Counted from the first letter of the stretch, positions 19,403 to 29,717 are shown. The stretch is DNA of 64,000 nucleotides from Firmicutes bacterium CAG:321_26_22 (GCA_001916775.1 MNTB01000030.1:120901-184900), one strand, 5' to 3'. Notes: a model not told the origin generated them from the sequence alone. Numbers and translations are program-made.

Positions 19403-20545
19403 ATGGCAAAGAAAAAACAAGAGACAAAAAATAATAAAAAAGAAAAGAAAGAGGTAGTAGTAAAGGAAGAGAAAGTAGTTAAAGAAGTTCCTAAAAAAGA
19501 GTCTAAAAAAGAATCAAAGAAAGATACTAAAAAAGTAAATAAAGTTAATGATGATAAAGTATTTAAAATGCTTGAATTCTTTGATAAATATAGACTTGCA
19601 ATTTATGGAGCAGTTGGTGGTATATTAATTACTGTATTAGTAGTTGTTATTATATGGCCTGATAGAATTGCTACATTAAAAGATGGTACTCAACCTGTTG
19701 CAGAAATTGATGGTTATACAGTAACTGCAAATGACTTATATGAAGATATGAAAGATGTATATTCTATTAGTTCATTATTAGATAAGATTGACAATAAAAT
19801 TCTTGAAGAAAAATATCCTGAAACTGATGAAATGAACGATGAATTAAAACAGCAAGCAGAAAGTTATTATAGTGCTTATGAACAATACTATAAAATGGAT
19901 AAAGAAACTTTCTTATCAAATAATGGTTTTGGTAGTGAAAAAGCTTTCTTAGAATATTTAAGACTACAATATAGAAGAAATAAATATGCTGAAGACTATA
20001 TCAAAACTTTAATTTCTGATAAAGAAGTAAAAAAATACTATGAAGATAAAGTTTATGGTGATATTAATACTAAACACATCTTAGTAAAAGTAGATAGTTC
20101 TGCGAGTGATGAAGATAAGAAAAAAGCTGAAGATTTAGCTAAAGAAATTATATCTAAATTAAATAATGGTAAATCTTTTGATGATGTTAAAGAAGAATAT
20201 AAAGATCAAATTACTTATGAAGAATTAGGATATAAATCTTATAATGCCAACTTAGAATCTGCTTATATGGAAGCTATGCAAAAACTAGAAAATAATAGTT
20301 ATAGCAAAGAACCTGTTAAGACTTCTTATGGTTATCATGTAATTTATAGAATAGACCAAAAAGAAAAACCTGTTCTTGAAGATGTTAAAGAAGAAATAAT
20401 TGATTCATTAGTAAGTGAAAAGAAATCAGAAGATAAGAATATCTCTTATGTTGCTTTAGATAAAATGAGAGAAGAATCAGGTCTTAAATTCTCTGATACT
20501 GTATTAGAAAAGAAATATAATACATATATGTCTCAATATAAATAA
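19403..20545 (+). CDS. prsA: PrsA-like membrane-anchored parvulin peptidyl-prolyl isomerase (foldase)
   Basis: Lys-rich N-terminus, one TM helix, SurA-N-like region, parvulin core INTKHILVKV ... SYGYHVIYR. Confidence 0.8.
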   Translation: MAKKKQETKNNKKEKKEVVVKEEKVVKEVPKKESKKESKKDTKKVNKVNDDKVFKMLEFFDKYRLAIYGAVGGILITVLVVVIIWPDRIATLKDGTQPVAEIDGYTVTANDLYEDMKDVYSISSLLDKIDNKILEEKYPETDEMNDELKQQAESYYSAYEQYYKMDKETFLSNNGFGSEKAFLEYLRLQYRRNKYAEDYIKTLISDKEVKKYYEDKVYGDINTKHILVKVDSSASDEDKKKAEDLAKEIISKLNNGKSFDDVKEEYKDQITYEELGYKSYNANLESAYMEAMQKLENNSYSKEPVKTSYGYHVIYRIDQKEKPVLEDVKEEIIDSLVSEKKSEDKNISYVALDKMREESGLKFSDTVLEKKYNTYMSQYK

Positions 20546-20550
20546 TTTAA

Positions 20551-20580
20551 ATGGTATACACTCTGTGTACCATTTTTTTA
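20551..20580 (+). terminator. Intrinsic terminator of prsA
   Basis: atggtatac-actct-gtgtaccat followed by TTTTTTT. Confidence 0.75.
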
Positions 20581-20676
20581 TGTTTTTTGTAGTATATTCT
20601 TCACTTTTATCATTTTATTTGATATAATTTAGTTATAAAAGAATATAAGGTGTACATTTAAGAAAGAGAGGATTAT

Positions 20677-21591
20677 ATGAAAAAAGATGTAACATTAGTT
20701 ATTTTAGCTGCTGGTATGGGTAGTAGATTTGGAGGTTTAAAACAGATAGAACCAATGGGTCCTAGTGATGAATTTATTATAGACTATTCCGTTTATGATG
20801 CTATAAAAGCAGGATTTAATAAGATAGTATTTATCATAAAAAGAGAAAATTATGAACTATTTAAGGAAACTATTGGTAAGAGAGTAGAACCACATATTAA
20901 GGTAGAATATGCTTTTCAAGAATTAAATAATTTACCTAAGGGATGGGATATTTCAAGTGGTAGAATGAAACCTTTAGGGACTGCTCATGCGGTATTATGT
21001 GCTAAAAATTTTGTTAATGAACCTTTTGCTATGATTAATTCTGATGATTTCTATGGTAGAGATGCATTTATTAAAGCATATGAATATTTAAGTAATACCG
21101 ATAATGACTCTAGTAAATATGGTATGATTGGCTATATGGTAGCGAATACTTTAACAGAAAATGGTTCTGTTAAAAGAGGTGTTTGTGAAGTAGATAGTAA
21201 TAATTATTTAAAATCTATTACTGAGAGTAAAATAGAAAAAATTGGCAATGAAATTGTAGCTAGTCCACTTGATGGTAGTGATAGTTTCACTGTTAATAGC
21301 GATGATACTGTAAGTATGAATTTTCTACTATTTACTCCTAGTATATTTGGATATATTGAAGAAGGTTTTAGTAAATTCTTTATAGATAATAAAGAAGACT
21401 TACTTACTTCAGAATATTTAATTCCTGATGTTGTAAGTAATCTAATTAAAGATGGCAAGGCATCAATGAAAGTAATTAGAACTACTGCTAGTTGGCATGG
21501 TGTTACTTATAGGGAAGATACTCCTGATGTTAAAAATTCTATTAAGAAATTAGTAGATGAAGGGGAATATAAAGAAAATCTTTGGTCTTAA
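20677..21591 (+). CDS. Sugar-phosphate nucleotidyltransferase family protein
   Basis: LAAGMGSRFGGLKQ nucleotide-binding signature at the N-terminus. Extended -10 TGATATAAT at 20620-20628. Confidence 0.7.
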   Translation: MKKDVTLVILAAGMGSRFGGLKQIEPMGPSDEFIIDYSVYDAIKAGFNKIVFIIKRENYELFKETIGKRVEPHIKVEYAFQELNNLPKGWDISSGRMKPLGTAHAVLCAKNFVNEPFAMINSDDFYGRDAFIKAYEYLSNTDNDSSKYGMIGYMVANTLTENGSVKRGVCEVDSNNYLKSITESKIEKIGNEIVASPLDGSDSFTVNSDDTVSMNFLLFTPSIFGYIEEGFSKFFIDNKEDLLTSEYLIPDVVSNLIKDGKASMKVIRTTASWHGVTYREDTPDVKNSIKKLVDEGEYKENLWS

Positions 21592-21699
21592 TTTTACTCA
21601 AATTATGTTTAAATTATGTTAAATTATGTTATTTTCATTTTTCTATTTTATTTTTAAATTATTTCTGATATACTTTAATTATAGGAGGAGGATGTTGAT

Positions 21700-22227
21700 A
21701 TGAAATACAATATTCGTGGTGATAAAATGCTTATTACCGATGCAATAAAAGACTATACGGAAACTAAATTAGGAAGACTTGAAAAATATTTTAAGGACGA
21801 TGATATTACCGCTAATGTACTGGCTAAAGTAAGAGGTAATTCACAAATAGTGGAAGTTACTATTCCTACTAGTAAATTTATTCTTAGAAGTGAAGAAGAA
21901 AGTGATGATTTATATGCTGCTATTGACTTGGTAAGTGATAAATTAGAAAGACAAATCAGAAAGAATAAAACTAGATTAAACAGAAATGTTAAAGATAATA
22001 TTAAAGAATTTAACTTTGATTTTGATATAAAAGAGGAGGAAGAACCTAAAGAAAAAATTGTTAAAAGAAAAGATATTGAAATGAAACCTATGGATGAAGA
22101 AGAGGCCATTTTAGAAATGGAACTTCTTGGTCACTCATTCTTTGTATATAAAGATATGGATACTAATAAAACTTGTGTTCTTTATAAAAGAAAAGATGGA
22201 GACTATGGTTTAATTGAAACTAAGTAA
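21700..22227 (+). CDS. hpf: Ribosome hibernation promoting factor (long form)
   Basis: N-terminal S30AE domain (NIRGDKMLITDAIKDYTETKLGRLEKYF) and C-terminal dimerisation domain (KPMDEEEAILEMELLGHSFFVY). Confidence 0.9.
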   Translation: MKYNIRGDKMLITDAIKDYTETKLGRLEKYFKDDDITANVLAKVRGNSQIVEVTIPTSKFILRSEEESDDLYAAIDLVSDKLERQIRKNKTRLNRNVKDNIKEFNFDFDIKEEEEPKEKIVKRKDIEMKPMDEEEAILEMELLGHSFFVYKDMDTNKTCVLYKRKDGDYGLIETK

Positions 22228-22232
22228 AATAA

Positions 22233-22257
22233 AGTATCAACAATTGTTGTTGATACT
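22233..22257 (+). terminator. hpf terminator formed by a PAL-D palindrome
   Basis: agtatcaaca-attgt-tgttgatact followed by ctttttattt. Confidence 0.75.
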
Positions 22258-22276
22258 CTTTTTATTTATAATTGGT

Positions 22277-22299
22277 TTATCCACAGATTATGTTGATAG
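22277..22299. repeat. PAL-D palindrome with a perfect DnaA box
   Basis: TTATCCACA-gatta-TGTTGATAG, read directly. Confidence 0.7.
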
Positions 22300-22324
22300 A
22301 ATGCTTTTCATTTTTTTATATTTA

Positions 22325-23209
22325 TTAGTTAGTTATTAAATTATTTTCTTCATTAACCTGGTTTTGTAATAATTCTAATTCTTTAATATTTTTATTGTCT
22401 CTTAATACTTTCATTTGCCTTATTGCAGAATTATTAAGTCTTATTAATCTTTCACCTTGTGGAATATTTTCTTCAATTAATTCGGCATTTGTATTTTGTA
22501 GATTATTTAATATTACTAAATGGAGTAAATCAGTATAATCTCTTATATTTCCATTTTTTGCTAGTTCAGGATTTGCTTCTCTCCACTCTTTAGCAGTCAT
22601 ACCAAATAATGCAACATTTAAAACATCTGCTTCTTCAGCATAAATATGCTTTTTTTGTTCTTCTGTAAGAGTTGGAACAATATAATTTTTTACTGCATCA
22701 GTATGAACCATATAATTTAATTTAGATAAAATTCTATTCGCACTCCAATCTAATTTGTACTGATAGGCTTCATTAGTTTTTAGTCTCTCAAATTCAGTTA
22801 TTAAATATAATTTAAATTCCGGACTTAACCAACTTGCAAATTCAAAAGCAATATCAGGATGGGCAAATGTGCCAATACTATATCTTCCACCTTTTGAAAT
22901 TATTCCTATTGCATTAGTCCTTTTTATCCATTGTGTTGGAGACATTGCAAACGAATTTCTACCATACTCCGTTTTAATTTGGTCGAATTCGACCAAATTA
23001 AAATCTTGATTATGAATTTCTTCCCATAAACCAATATAATCAATGGTACTTATCCTTCTTAACCAATTTTTCACCGTAAAAGATGGATCACTAGAATTTT
23101 GATACTTTGCCAAATCAGTTAATGAAATATAATTAACATTTCCTACCCTTAATATTCCTATTTTATTTTCTTTAACAGTGATTTCTGTTCTAACTATGTC
23201 TCTTTTCAA
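22325..23209 (-). CDS. KilA-N domain protein
   Basis: ILRVGNVNYISLTDLAKY ... TFAHPDIAFEFASWLSPEFKLYL matches KilA-N. TTG start 6 nt after AGGAGGG. Confidence 0.8.
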   Translation of the reverse strand: MKRDIVRTEITVKENKIGILRVGNVNYISLTDLAKYQNSSDPSFTVKNWLRRISTIDYIGLWEEIHNQDFNLVEFDQIKTEYGRNSFAMSPTQWIKRTNAIGIISKGGRYSIGTFAHPDIAFEFASWLSPEFKLYLITEFERLKTNEAYQYKLDWSANRILSKLNYMVHTDAVKNYIVPTLTEEQKKHIYAEEADVLNVALFGMTAKEWREANPELAKNGNIRDYTDLLHLVILNNLQNTNAELIEENIPQGERLIRLNNSAIRQMKVLRDNKNIKELELLQNQVNEENNLITN

Positions 23210-23286
23210 GTTTTTCCCTCCTAATGGTTATTATATCATACTTTATTTATTTAATATATTGTTTAAATTAAAATTTGTAATTATTC

Positions 23287-23352
23287 TATCAACAGTAGTT
23301 GTTGATATATTTTATCTTATATTTTAATTTTATCAACATATACTGTTAATAA
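23287..23352. repeat. Two PAL-D palindromes
   Basis: tatcaaca-gtagt-tgttgata (23287-23307) and ttatcaaca-tatac-tgttaataa (23330-23352). Confidence 0.7.
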
Positions 23353-23360
23353 CTTTAAAG

Positions 23361-23414
23361 TTTTAAAGACTTATGGCTTTAAAACTCTTTTTTGAAGACC
23401 TTAGGCTTCAAAAA
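23361..23414. repeat. Two HP-AG hairpins
   Basis: ttttaaAGACttatGGCTttaaaa and tttttgaAGACcttaGGCTtcaaaaa. Confidence 0.7.
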
Positions 23415-23528
23415 CACCAAAGTGACTATAGGAACGGAGGTGAAACTTCAATAAAATAAAGGAAATATTAAATATTTACTAGTTTTTTTAGTTAAAATAT
23501 AGTAAAATATTATTTAGGAGATGATTTG

Positions 23529-26024
23529 ATGTTTAAAACACTTAAAAAATTATTTGATAATGAGTATAAAGAATTATATAGATTTAGTAAATTAGCAGAT
23601 CAAATAGATGCTCTTGATGAAGAAATGAGTAAATTATCTGATAAAAAACTTGCTAGTTATACTGATAAATTTAAGAAAAGATTAGAGGAGGGAGAAACTC
23701 TTGATGATATCTTAGTTGAGGCTTTTGCAGTTGCAAGAGAGGCTGCTTATAGATGTCTTGGAATGAAACCGTTCTACTGTCAATTACTTGGTGGCCTTGC
23801 TATTCATTATGGTAATATTGCAGAAATGAAAACAGGTGAAGGTAAAACACTTACTTGTGTACTTCCTGCTTATTTAAATGCTTTAACTGGAAAAGGTGTT
23901 CATATCGTTACAGTTAATGAATTTTTGTCTACTAGAGATTCTGAATGGATGGGGAGTATATTTAAGTTCTTAGGTCTTACTGTAGGTCTTAACTTAAGAG
24001 AACTTTCTTTTAAAGAAAAACAAGAAGCTTATAACTGTGATATTTTATATAGTACTAATAATGAACTTGGTTTTGATTACTTAAGAGATAACATGGTTGT
24101 AAAAAAAGAAAATAGAGTGCAAAGACCTCTTAACTATTGTATTGTCGATGAAGTTGACTCTATCTTAATAGATGAGGCTAGAACTCCTCTTATTATATCT
24201 GGCGGAGTTATGCAGTCTGCTAATCTATATATTGATGCTGATAGATATGTTAAAAGTTTAAAAGAAAATGAAGATTACATTATGGATGAAAAATCTAAGG
24301 CTGTTAGTTTAACTGACGAAGGCAGTAGAAAAGCTGAAGAACATTTTCATCTAGATAATTTATATGATATTAATAATACAGCTTTAGTACATCATATTAA
24401 TCAAGCACTTAAAGCAAATTATGCTATGAGTTTAGATGTTGACTACGTTGTACAAGATGGTGAAGTTGTTATCGTAGACCAATTTACTGGTAGACTTATG
24501 AAAGGTAGAGCCTTCTCTGATGGACTTCATCAGGCAATTGAAGCTAAGGAAGGTGTTAAGATTCAACAAGAAACTAAAACTCTTGCTACGATTACTTTCC
24601 AAAACTACTTTAGAATGTATAACAAGATTGCTGGTATGACAGGTACTGCGAAGACTGAAGAAGAGGAGTTTAGAAATATTTATAATATGTTTGTTATTCA
24701 AATTCCTACTAATAAACCAGTTATTAGGGAAGACGCTACTGACTTATTATATCCTGGTAAAGAAGGTAAATATAATGCTATTATTAAAGAAATAGAAAAT
24801 AGACATGCTACTGGTCAACCAGTACTTGTTGGTACTATTGCTATCGAAACTTCTGAACTACTTAGTAAAATGCTTACTAAAAAGAAGATTCCTCATGAAG
24901 TATTAAATGCTAAGAATCATGCTAGAGAGGCTGAAATTATTGCTCATGCTGGTGAAAAAGGTGCTGTTACTATTGCTACCAATATGGCTGGTCGTGGTAC
25001 CGATATTAAACTTGGTGAAGGTGTTAAAGAACTAGGTGGTTTATGTGTTATCGGTAGTGAAAGACATGAATCTAGAAGAATAGATAATCAGCTTAGAGGT
25101 AGAAGTGGTAGACAAGGAGATCCTGGTTTTACACAATTCTTTGTATCATTTGAAGATGACCTTCTTGTTAGATTCGGTTCTGATAGATATAAGGATATGC
25201 TTAAAAATCTAGGTTTTACCGGGGATATGGCTATTCAAAATAAGATGTTCTCTAAAACTGTTGAATCTGCTCAAAGAAAAGTTGAGGGTAATAACTTTGA
25301 TATAAGAAAACAACTTCTTAACTATGATGATGTTATGAATAATCAAAGAGAAATTATCTATGGTAAGAGAAATGAAATATTAGATAATGATTCTATTCAT
25401 GAAACAGTTCTTAATGGTTTTAAGGAATATATTAGTGATATTGTTAATTCACATTTAGTGGAAAGTAATAAACTAAAAGAAAATGATTATAGTGAAATAC
25501 TTGAGGCTGTAAATGAAAACTTACTTAGAAAATATAGAATTAACTTATCTGAAATTAATGGTAAACATCCTAGTGAAGTTATTGATTTGATATATGAAAA
25601 TGCTCTAAAGGATTATGAAGAAAAATTAGAAGATATTCCAGAAGAAGTTAGAGATGAGTTTGAAAAGGCTATTTCTCTTAGGGTTATTGATAATTACTGG
25701 ATGGAACATATTTCTACGATGAGTCACTTAAGAGATGGTATTGGTCTTAGAGGTTATGCTAATACTAGTCCTCTTCAGGCATATACAATGGAAGGATATC
25801 AATTATTTGATGAAATGATTGCTAAAATTAATAGGGATATTAGTATTTATCTATTAAAATCTGAAATTAGACAAAATATTGAAAGAAAACAAGTAGCAAA
25901 GACCGCTATTACAAATGATAGTAAAGATCATGCTAAGGTACAAAAGAAGAGTACTAAGGTTGGTAGAAATGACCCTTGTCCATGTGGCAGTGGTCGCAAA
26001 TATAAGCAATGTCACGGTAAATAA
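23529..26024 (+). CDS. secA: Preprotein translocase ATPase SecA
   Basis: MKTGEGKT Walker [33 protein letters not shown], and C-terminal SEC-C zinc motif [15 protein letters not shown]. Confidence 0.95.
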   Translation: MFKTLKKLFDNEYKELYRFSKLADQIDALDEEMSKLSDKKLASYTDKFKKRLEEGETLDDILVEAFAVAREAAYRCLGMKPFYCQLLGGLAIHYGNIAEMKTGEGKTLTCVLPAYLNALTGKGVHIVTVNEFLSTRDSEWMGSIFKFLGLTVGLNLRELSFKEKQEAYNCDILYSTNNELGFDYLRDNMVVKKENRVQRPLNYCIVDEVDSILIDEARTPLIISGGVMQSANLYIDADRYVKSLKENEDYIMDEKSKAVSLTDEGSRKAEEHFHLDNLYDINNTALVHHINQALKANYAMSLDVDYVVQDGEVVIVDQFTGRLMKGRAFSDGLHQAIEAKEGVKIQQETKTLATITFQNYFRMYNKIAGMTGTAKTEEEEFRNIYNMFVIQIPTNKPVIREDATDLLYPGKEGKYNAIIKEIENRHATGQPVLVGTIAIETSELLSKMLTKKKIPHEVLNAKNHAREAEIIAHAGEKGAVTIATNMAGRGTDIKLGEGVKELGGLCVIGSERHESRRIDNQLRGRSGRQGDPGFTQFFVSFEDDLLVRFGSDRYKDMLKNLGFTGDMAIQNKMFSKTVESAQRKVEGNNFDIRKQLLNYDDVMNNQREIIYGKRNEILDNDSIHETVLNGFKEYISDIVNSHLVESNKLKENDYSEILEAVNENLLRKYRINLSEINGKHPSEVIDLIYENALKDYEEKLEDIPEEVRDEFEKAISLRVIDNYWMEHISTMSHLRDGIGLRGYANTSPLQAYTMEGYQLFDEMIAKINRDISIYLLKSEIRQNIERKQVAKTAITNDSKDHAKVQKKSTKVGRNDPCPCGSGRKYKQCHGK

Positions 26025-26107
26025 TCGCTCAAACCCTTATAAATAAAGGGATTGCGGGTTTTTCTATGATTCCACATTTTAGGTAATTTTTGGAGTGACA
26101 ACTGTCC

Positions 26108-26169
26108 TAGATACGTTTTAGATACGTTATAAAAATCTTGCAAAGCCTTATAAAATAAGGCTAAAACGC
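26108..26169 (+). repeat. TAGATACGTTT doublet followed by a hairpin related to the secA 3' flank
   Basis: tagatacgttt-tagatacgtt (26108-26128), then cttgcaaAGCCTTAtaaaaTAAGGCTaaaacgc (26137-26169). An inverted half-site aaaacgtatcta lies at 26200-26211. Confidence 0.75.
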
Positions 26170-26256
26170 ATATTCAAACTTTAATTTCAAATTACATACA
26201 AAACGTATCTAAAAAATAAAAGTTTAATGATATAATATAAATAGGAGTTGATAATT

Positions 26257-27354
26257 ATGCTAAAACCACAAAAATTGAATAAAGGAGATAAAGTTGCAAT
26301 AGTTAGTTTATCTAGAGGATTATTGGGAATGCCTTTTTGTAAACATGAGTTAGATATAGCAATTAAAAGATTAGAAGAATTTGGATTAATACCGGTTATA
26401 ATGCCAAATGCATTGAAAGATATGGATTATCTTCAAAACCATCCAGAAGCAAGGGCAAGTGATTTAAAACAGGCTTTTATGGATGATAGTATAAAAGGAA
26501 TTATTTGTGCCATTGGTGGAGATGATACATATAAAACAATTCCATACTTAATGGAAGATGAGGAATTTATAAATGCAGTTCAAAATTATCCGAAATTATT
26601 TACAGGTTTTTCTGATACAACAAACAACCACTTAATGTTAAATAAATTAGGACTCTCAACTTTCTACGGTCCTTGCTTATTAGTTGATCTAGCAGAATTA
26701 GATAAAGAGATGTTGCCATATACAAAACAATATTTTGAAAAGTTTTTTATGAATGAATCTAATTTTGAAATAGCATCAAGTCCAATATGGTATTTTGATA
26801 GAGAAAGCTATGGCACTGAAGAAGTTGGAAAACCAAGAAAATCTCAAAATGAGCAACATGGGTTTGAAGTTTTGAATGGTAAAGGAAAAATAACAGGAAA
26901 ATTATATGGTGGATGTCTAGATAGTTTATACGATATTTATACAAGTGAAAGATATGGAAATGAAAATGAAATATACACTAAATATAATATATTACCAACT
27001 TTAGATGAATGGAAAGAAAAAATACTATTTATAGAAACTTCTGAGGAAAGAATGCATCCAGATAAATTGGAACTAATATTGAACTTTTTTAAGAATAATA
27101 AAGTATTGGAAAGCGTAAGAGGTATTATTGTTGGTAAACCTATAGATGAAAAATATTATGAAGAGTATAAGCAAGTTTACAAAAAGGTTTTTGCAGATTT
27201 AGAAACGCCTATTTTGTATAATGTTAATTTTGGACATTCTGTTCCAAGATGTATAATACCATATGATGCTGAAGCAACTATAGATTTTGATAATAAAAGG
27301 ATAACTATTAACACTCCAATATTTGAAGAAACAACAATTACTAAAAAATTGTAA
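26257..27354 (+). CDS. S66-family LD-carboxypeptidase / MccF-like serine peptidase
   Basis: GDKVAIVS..., nucleophile motif FTGFSDTTN, NFGHSVP histidine motif. Extended -10 TGATATAAT at 26228-26236 and a GGAG RBS. Confidence 0.8.
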   Translation: MLKPQKLNKGDKVAIVSLSRGLLGMPFCKHELDIAIKRLEEFGLIPVIMPNALKDMDYLQNHPEARASDLKQAFMDDSIKGIICAIGGDDTYKTIPYLMEDEEFINAVQNYPKLFTGFSDTTNNHLMLNKLGLSTFYGPCLLVDLAELDKEMLPYTKQYFEKFFMNESNFEIASSPIWYFDRESYGTEEVGKPRKSQNEQHGFEVLNGKGKITGKLYGGCLDSLYDIYTSERYGNENEIYTKYNILPTLDEWKEKILFIETSEERMHPDKLELILNFFKNNKVLESVRGIIVGKPIDEKYYEEYKQVYKKVFADLETPILYNVNFGHSVPRCIIPYDAEATIDFDNKRITINTPIFEETTITKKL

Positions 27355-27376
27355 AAAATTCAACAATGGCAAATTT

Positions 27377-27400
27377 TAGATACGTTTTTAGATACGTTTT
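27377..27400 (+). repeat. TAGATACGTTTT doublet (second copy)
   Basis: tagatacgttttTAGATACGTTTT, a direct repeat of 26108-26128. Confidence 0.8.
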
Positions 27401-27547
27401 GCTAGGTTTGCCGAGTGCTACGGAGTGCTCCCAAGTGCAACCAAGTGCCGAATTAACGAGCCAAGTGCTCCCAAACGCTCCCAAAAACCCCAATACAAAA
27501 AGCCATGTGGCAGTGGTAAAAAATATAAACAATGTTGTGGTAAATAA
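27392..27547 (+). pseudogene. Start-less open frame ending in a secA-like SEC-C tail (remnant 1)
   Basis: ...YKKPCGSGKKYKQCCGK*. The 15 nt ccatgtggcagtggt are identical to the secA 3' end. There is no ATG or RBS, and the frame opens right after a TAG inside the TAGATAC doublet. Confidence 0.7.
27411..27490 (+). repeat. Eight phased 10-nt GC-rich units (consensus CCAAGTGCTC)
   Basis: ccgagtgcta cggagtgctc ccaagtgcaa ccaagtgccg aattaacgag ccaagtgctc ccaaacgctc ccaaaaaccc. The period is exactly 10 nt, which is not a multiple of 3. Confidence 0.8.
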
Positions 27548-27593
27548 ACTTGCAAACCTGCATAAAATAAGGGAAAGCGTGAGCTTTTTCTTT

Positions 27594-27654
27594 GCTAAAA
27601 AATTGCGAGTTTATATGTTCTGAACCACTTTAGATACCTTTTAGATACCTTTTT
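27594..27654 (+). repeat. Direct repeat, left copy: gctaaaaaattgcga + TAGATACCTTTT doublet
   Basis: gctaaaaaattgcgaG...tagataccttttagataccttttt. Its partner is at 29718-29773. Confidence 0.8.
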
Positions 27655-27717
27655 CCGGTATTTTTAAATAGAAAAGAATTTATTATGTTATAATATATAT
27701 GAGAGGATAGTGATTTT

Positions 27718-29532
27718 ATGTTTAATTTAGAAGATGACGATACTTTAACAATCGAATTATTAAATAAAATTATTGAAACTGATGAGCAGTATAAAGATAA
27801 TGAGTATTTAAAATACTTGATTAACAACGAGATAATAAGTGGAATAAGTTATGGAAACTTTAAAAAGATATGTGAATTTATAGGTAAAGAGGATATATAT
27901 AATGTGTACGATTATAATTTTCTCAATTTAATATGTAAAAATATGGTTCTATTATATTCTGATGTAGATGAGGAAGATATAGATGATCCAGAAGAGGTAC
28001 AACATATTGATAAAATTAAAAAATCGGTAGATTCATTTTATGAGATAATTGACTCAGGGAATTTAAATGCATTTGATAAATTAATAAATCTTCTTCTTGA
28101 AAATAATAAAAATAAAAAAGATAAAATAAAATTAATGCTTGATGTTGCTTCAAATTTTAAAAAGTATTCACAATTAGTTGATGAGATAATAAAAAAAGGA
28201 CAATTAGATTTTAGAGAAAAATATGCTGTGCTTGGATTATTAAAATTTGATACAGAGTATTATGATGATCAATATTATAAAAGTGATTATGAAGAGTACG
28301 AAAGAGATTTTTATCCTGATGATGAAGTAATAAATAATATAACTACATTAGAAGATTTAAAAAAATATACTGATGCTTGTTATGTAGTACAAATTTCTAG
28401 AATTAAGGAATTAAATGAGGATGATTATTATGGTGATGCAAATTATATGATAAAGAATGAAATCACTAAAGCATTAGCAAACATAAAGTATTTTGGAAAT
28501 GAATCACTAGATACTATTGGATTTGAAACATCTTCATTAAAAGAGCTTAGAAATAGTGTTACAGATGAAAGTATAAAAGAAGAACTATCTAAATATATTT
28601 TATTTATGAGTTTAATAGATTCCATTTTAAAAATAGATGATTTAAGAAAACTTAAAGTAATTGCAAGTAGAATATTAAATTTTAAAAAGAGTAATGATAC
28701 AATTTATACAATTTATAATTATACAGAGAATATGGCAAAAAGAATTAAAGAAATATATGCTCATGAAATAAAAGAAAAATTAATTGATTTTACAAATTTA
28801 GAAAATGGAAATAATCAATTATACTCAAGAACAAATTCTAAATTTACTGCTGATAGTAAAATGTTATATGATGAGGATATTACTGGAAGAAAAGTTGATT
28901 ATATAGAATTATCAGGAATAGATTATGTTTCACTTGTTCATGTATTAAACGCTTATGGTGAAGGTGGAACTCTAAAAGATTTCAAAACTCCAAGAATAAT
29001 TGGTAAGGAATATATTTGTTTATCTGCAATTGATGAAACAAAAGAAAAAATAGCAAAGTCAAAACAAGACGATGAAGAACATGTATGCTTATTATTTAGC
29101 AATATTGCACCAGATCAATTAATATCTGAATCTTTTGAGGATTTATATTCAGACGGAGATTTAAATAGCCTATCAATAACTTTTGGAGAAAGAGAAAATT
29201 TTAGACCGATAAAAAAGCAAATTCAATTAAATGAGGGTAGCCATACAGAGTTTGTTTTATACAGAGATTCTTCAAATGGTAATTCAATTTATCCAAGCGG
29301 TATACTTATTCAAAATGAAATGCCAACACAAGCAGAAATTAATGCAGCTGCATATTTAAATGTGCCACTTGTTTTTATAAATCATGAAAAATATAAAAAT
29401 AAGTCTAATAGTCTTGAATCTAAAAGTGATAATACTGAACCTTATAAACCAACATCTGAAGATTATAGATTATTTAGAGAAAGTCTAATGGAATTACGAG
29501 ATTCTATAAATGGAAAGGGTAAAGGTAGATAG
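27718..29532 (+). CDS. Hypothetical protein, 604 aa, acidic, no recognisable domain
   Basis: GAGAGGA RBS and a long uninterrupted ORF. I found no P-loop, nuclease or HTH motif by eye. Confidence 0.7.
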   Translation: MFNLEDDDTLTIELLNKIIETDEQYKDNEYLKYLINNEIISGISYGNFKKICEFIGKEDIYNVYDYNFLNLICKNMVLLYSDVDEEDIDDPEEVQHIDKIKKSVDSFYEIIDSGNLNAFDKLINLLLENNKNKKDKIKLMLDVASNFKKYSQLVDEIIKKGQLDFREKYAVLGLLKFDTEYYDDQYYKSDYEEYERDFYPDDEVINNITTLEDLKKYTDACYVVQISRIKELNEDDYYGDANYMIKNEITKALANIKYFGNESLDTIGFETSSLKELRNSVTDESIKEELSKYILFMSLIDSILKIDDLRKLKVIASRILNFKKSNDTIYTIYNYTENMAKRIKEIYAHEIKEKLIDFTNLENGNNQLYSRTNSKFTADSKMLYDEDITGRKVDYIELSGIDYVSLVHVLNAYGEGGTLKDFKTPRIIGKEYICLSAIDETKEKIAKSKQDDEEHVCLLFSNIAPDQLISESFEDLYSDGDLNSLSITFGERENFRPIKKQIQLNEGSHTEFVLYRDSSNGNSIYPSGILIQNEMPTQAEINAAAYLNVPLVFINHEKYKNKSNSLESKSDNTEPYKPTSEDYRLFRESLMELRDSINGKGKGR

Positions 29533-29713
29533 TGTGAATAATAAAGATAATAGTCAAGATGATTTTATATTAGCGATTAATAATCTAATAAAAGAAACTA
29601 ATTTAAATGAATTCGAAGAATTAAAAGATTCAATAGATAATATTAATTCGGAAGCAAATAAAATTATTAAGAATAGTGAAGAAAAGAATCAAGAAAAATT
29701 TGATAATAATTAG
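29510..29713 (+). CDS. Small acidic hypothetical protein (about 60-67 aa)
   Basis: ORF overlapping the end of the 604-aa gene. The start is uncertain (ATG at 29510 or GTG at 29534). Confidence 0.4.
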   Translation: MERVKVDSVNNKDNSQDDFILAINNLIKETNLNEFEELKDSIDNINSEANKIIKNSEEKNQEKFDNN

Positions 29714-29717
29714 TTTT

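Noticed and set aside
26108-26211. TAGATAC doublets as plasmid-type iterons or a secondary replication origin
   Set aside because: There is no rep gene, no adjacent AT-rich unwinding element and only 2-3 sites per locus. Their position at cassette borders fits recombination or att-type sites better, though this remains untested.
27341-27623. ORFs 27366-27623 (+) and 27341-27532 (-) over the intercassette region
   Set aside because: They stay open only because the 10-nt GC-rich repeats lack stop codons in several frames and on both strands. They have no RBS, and the only protein-like part (the SEC-C tail) is in a third frame without a start.
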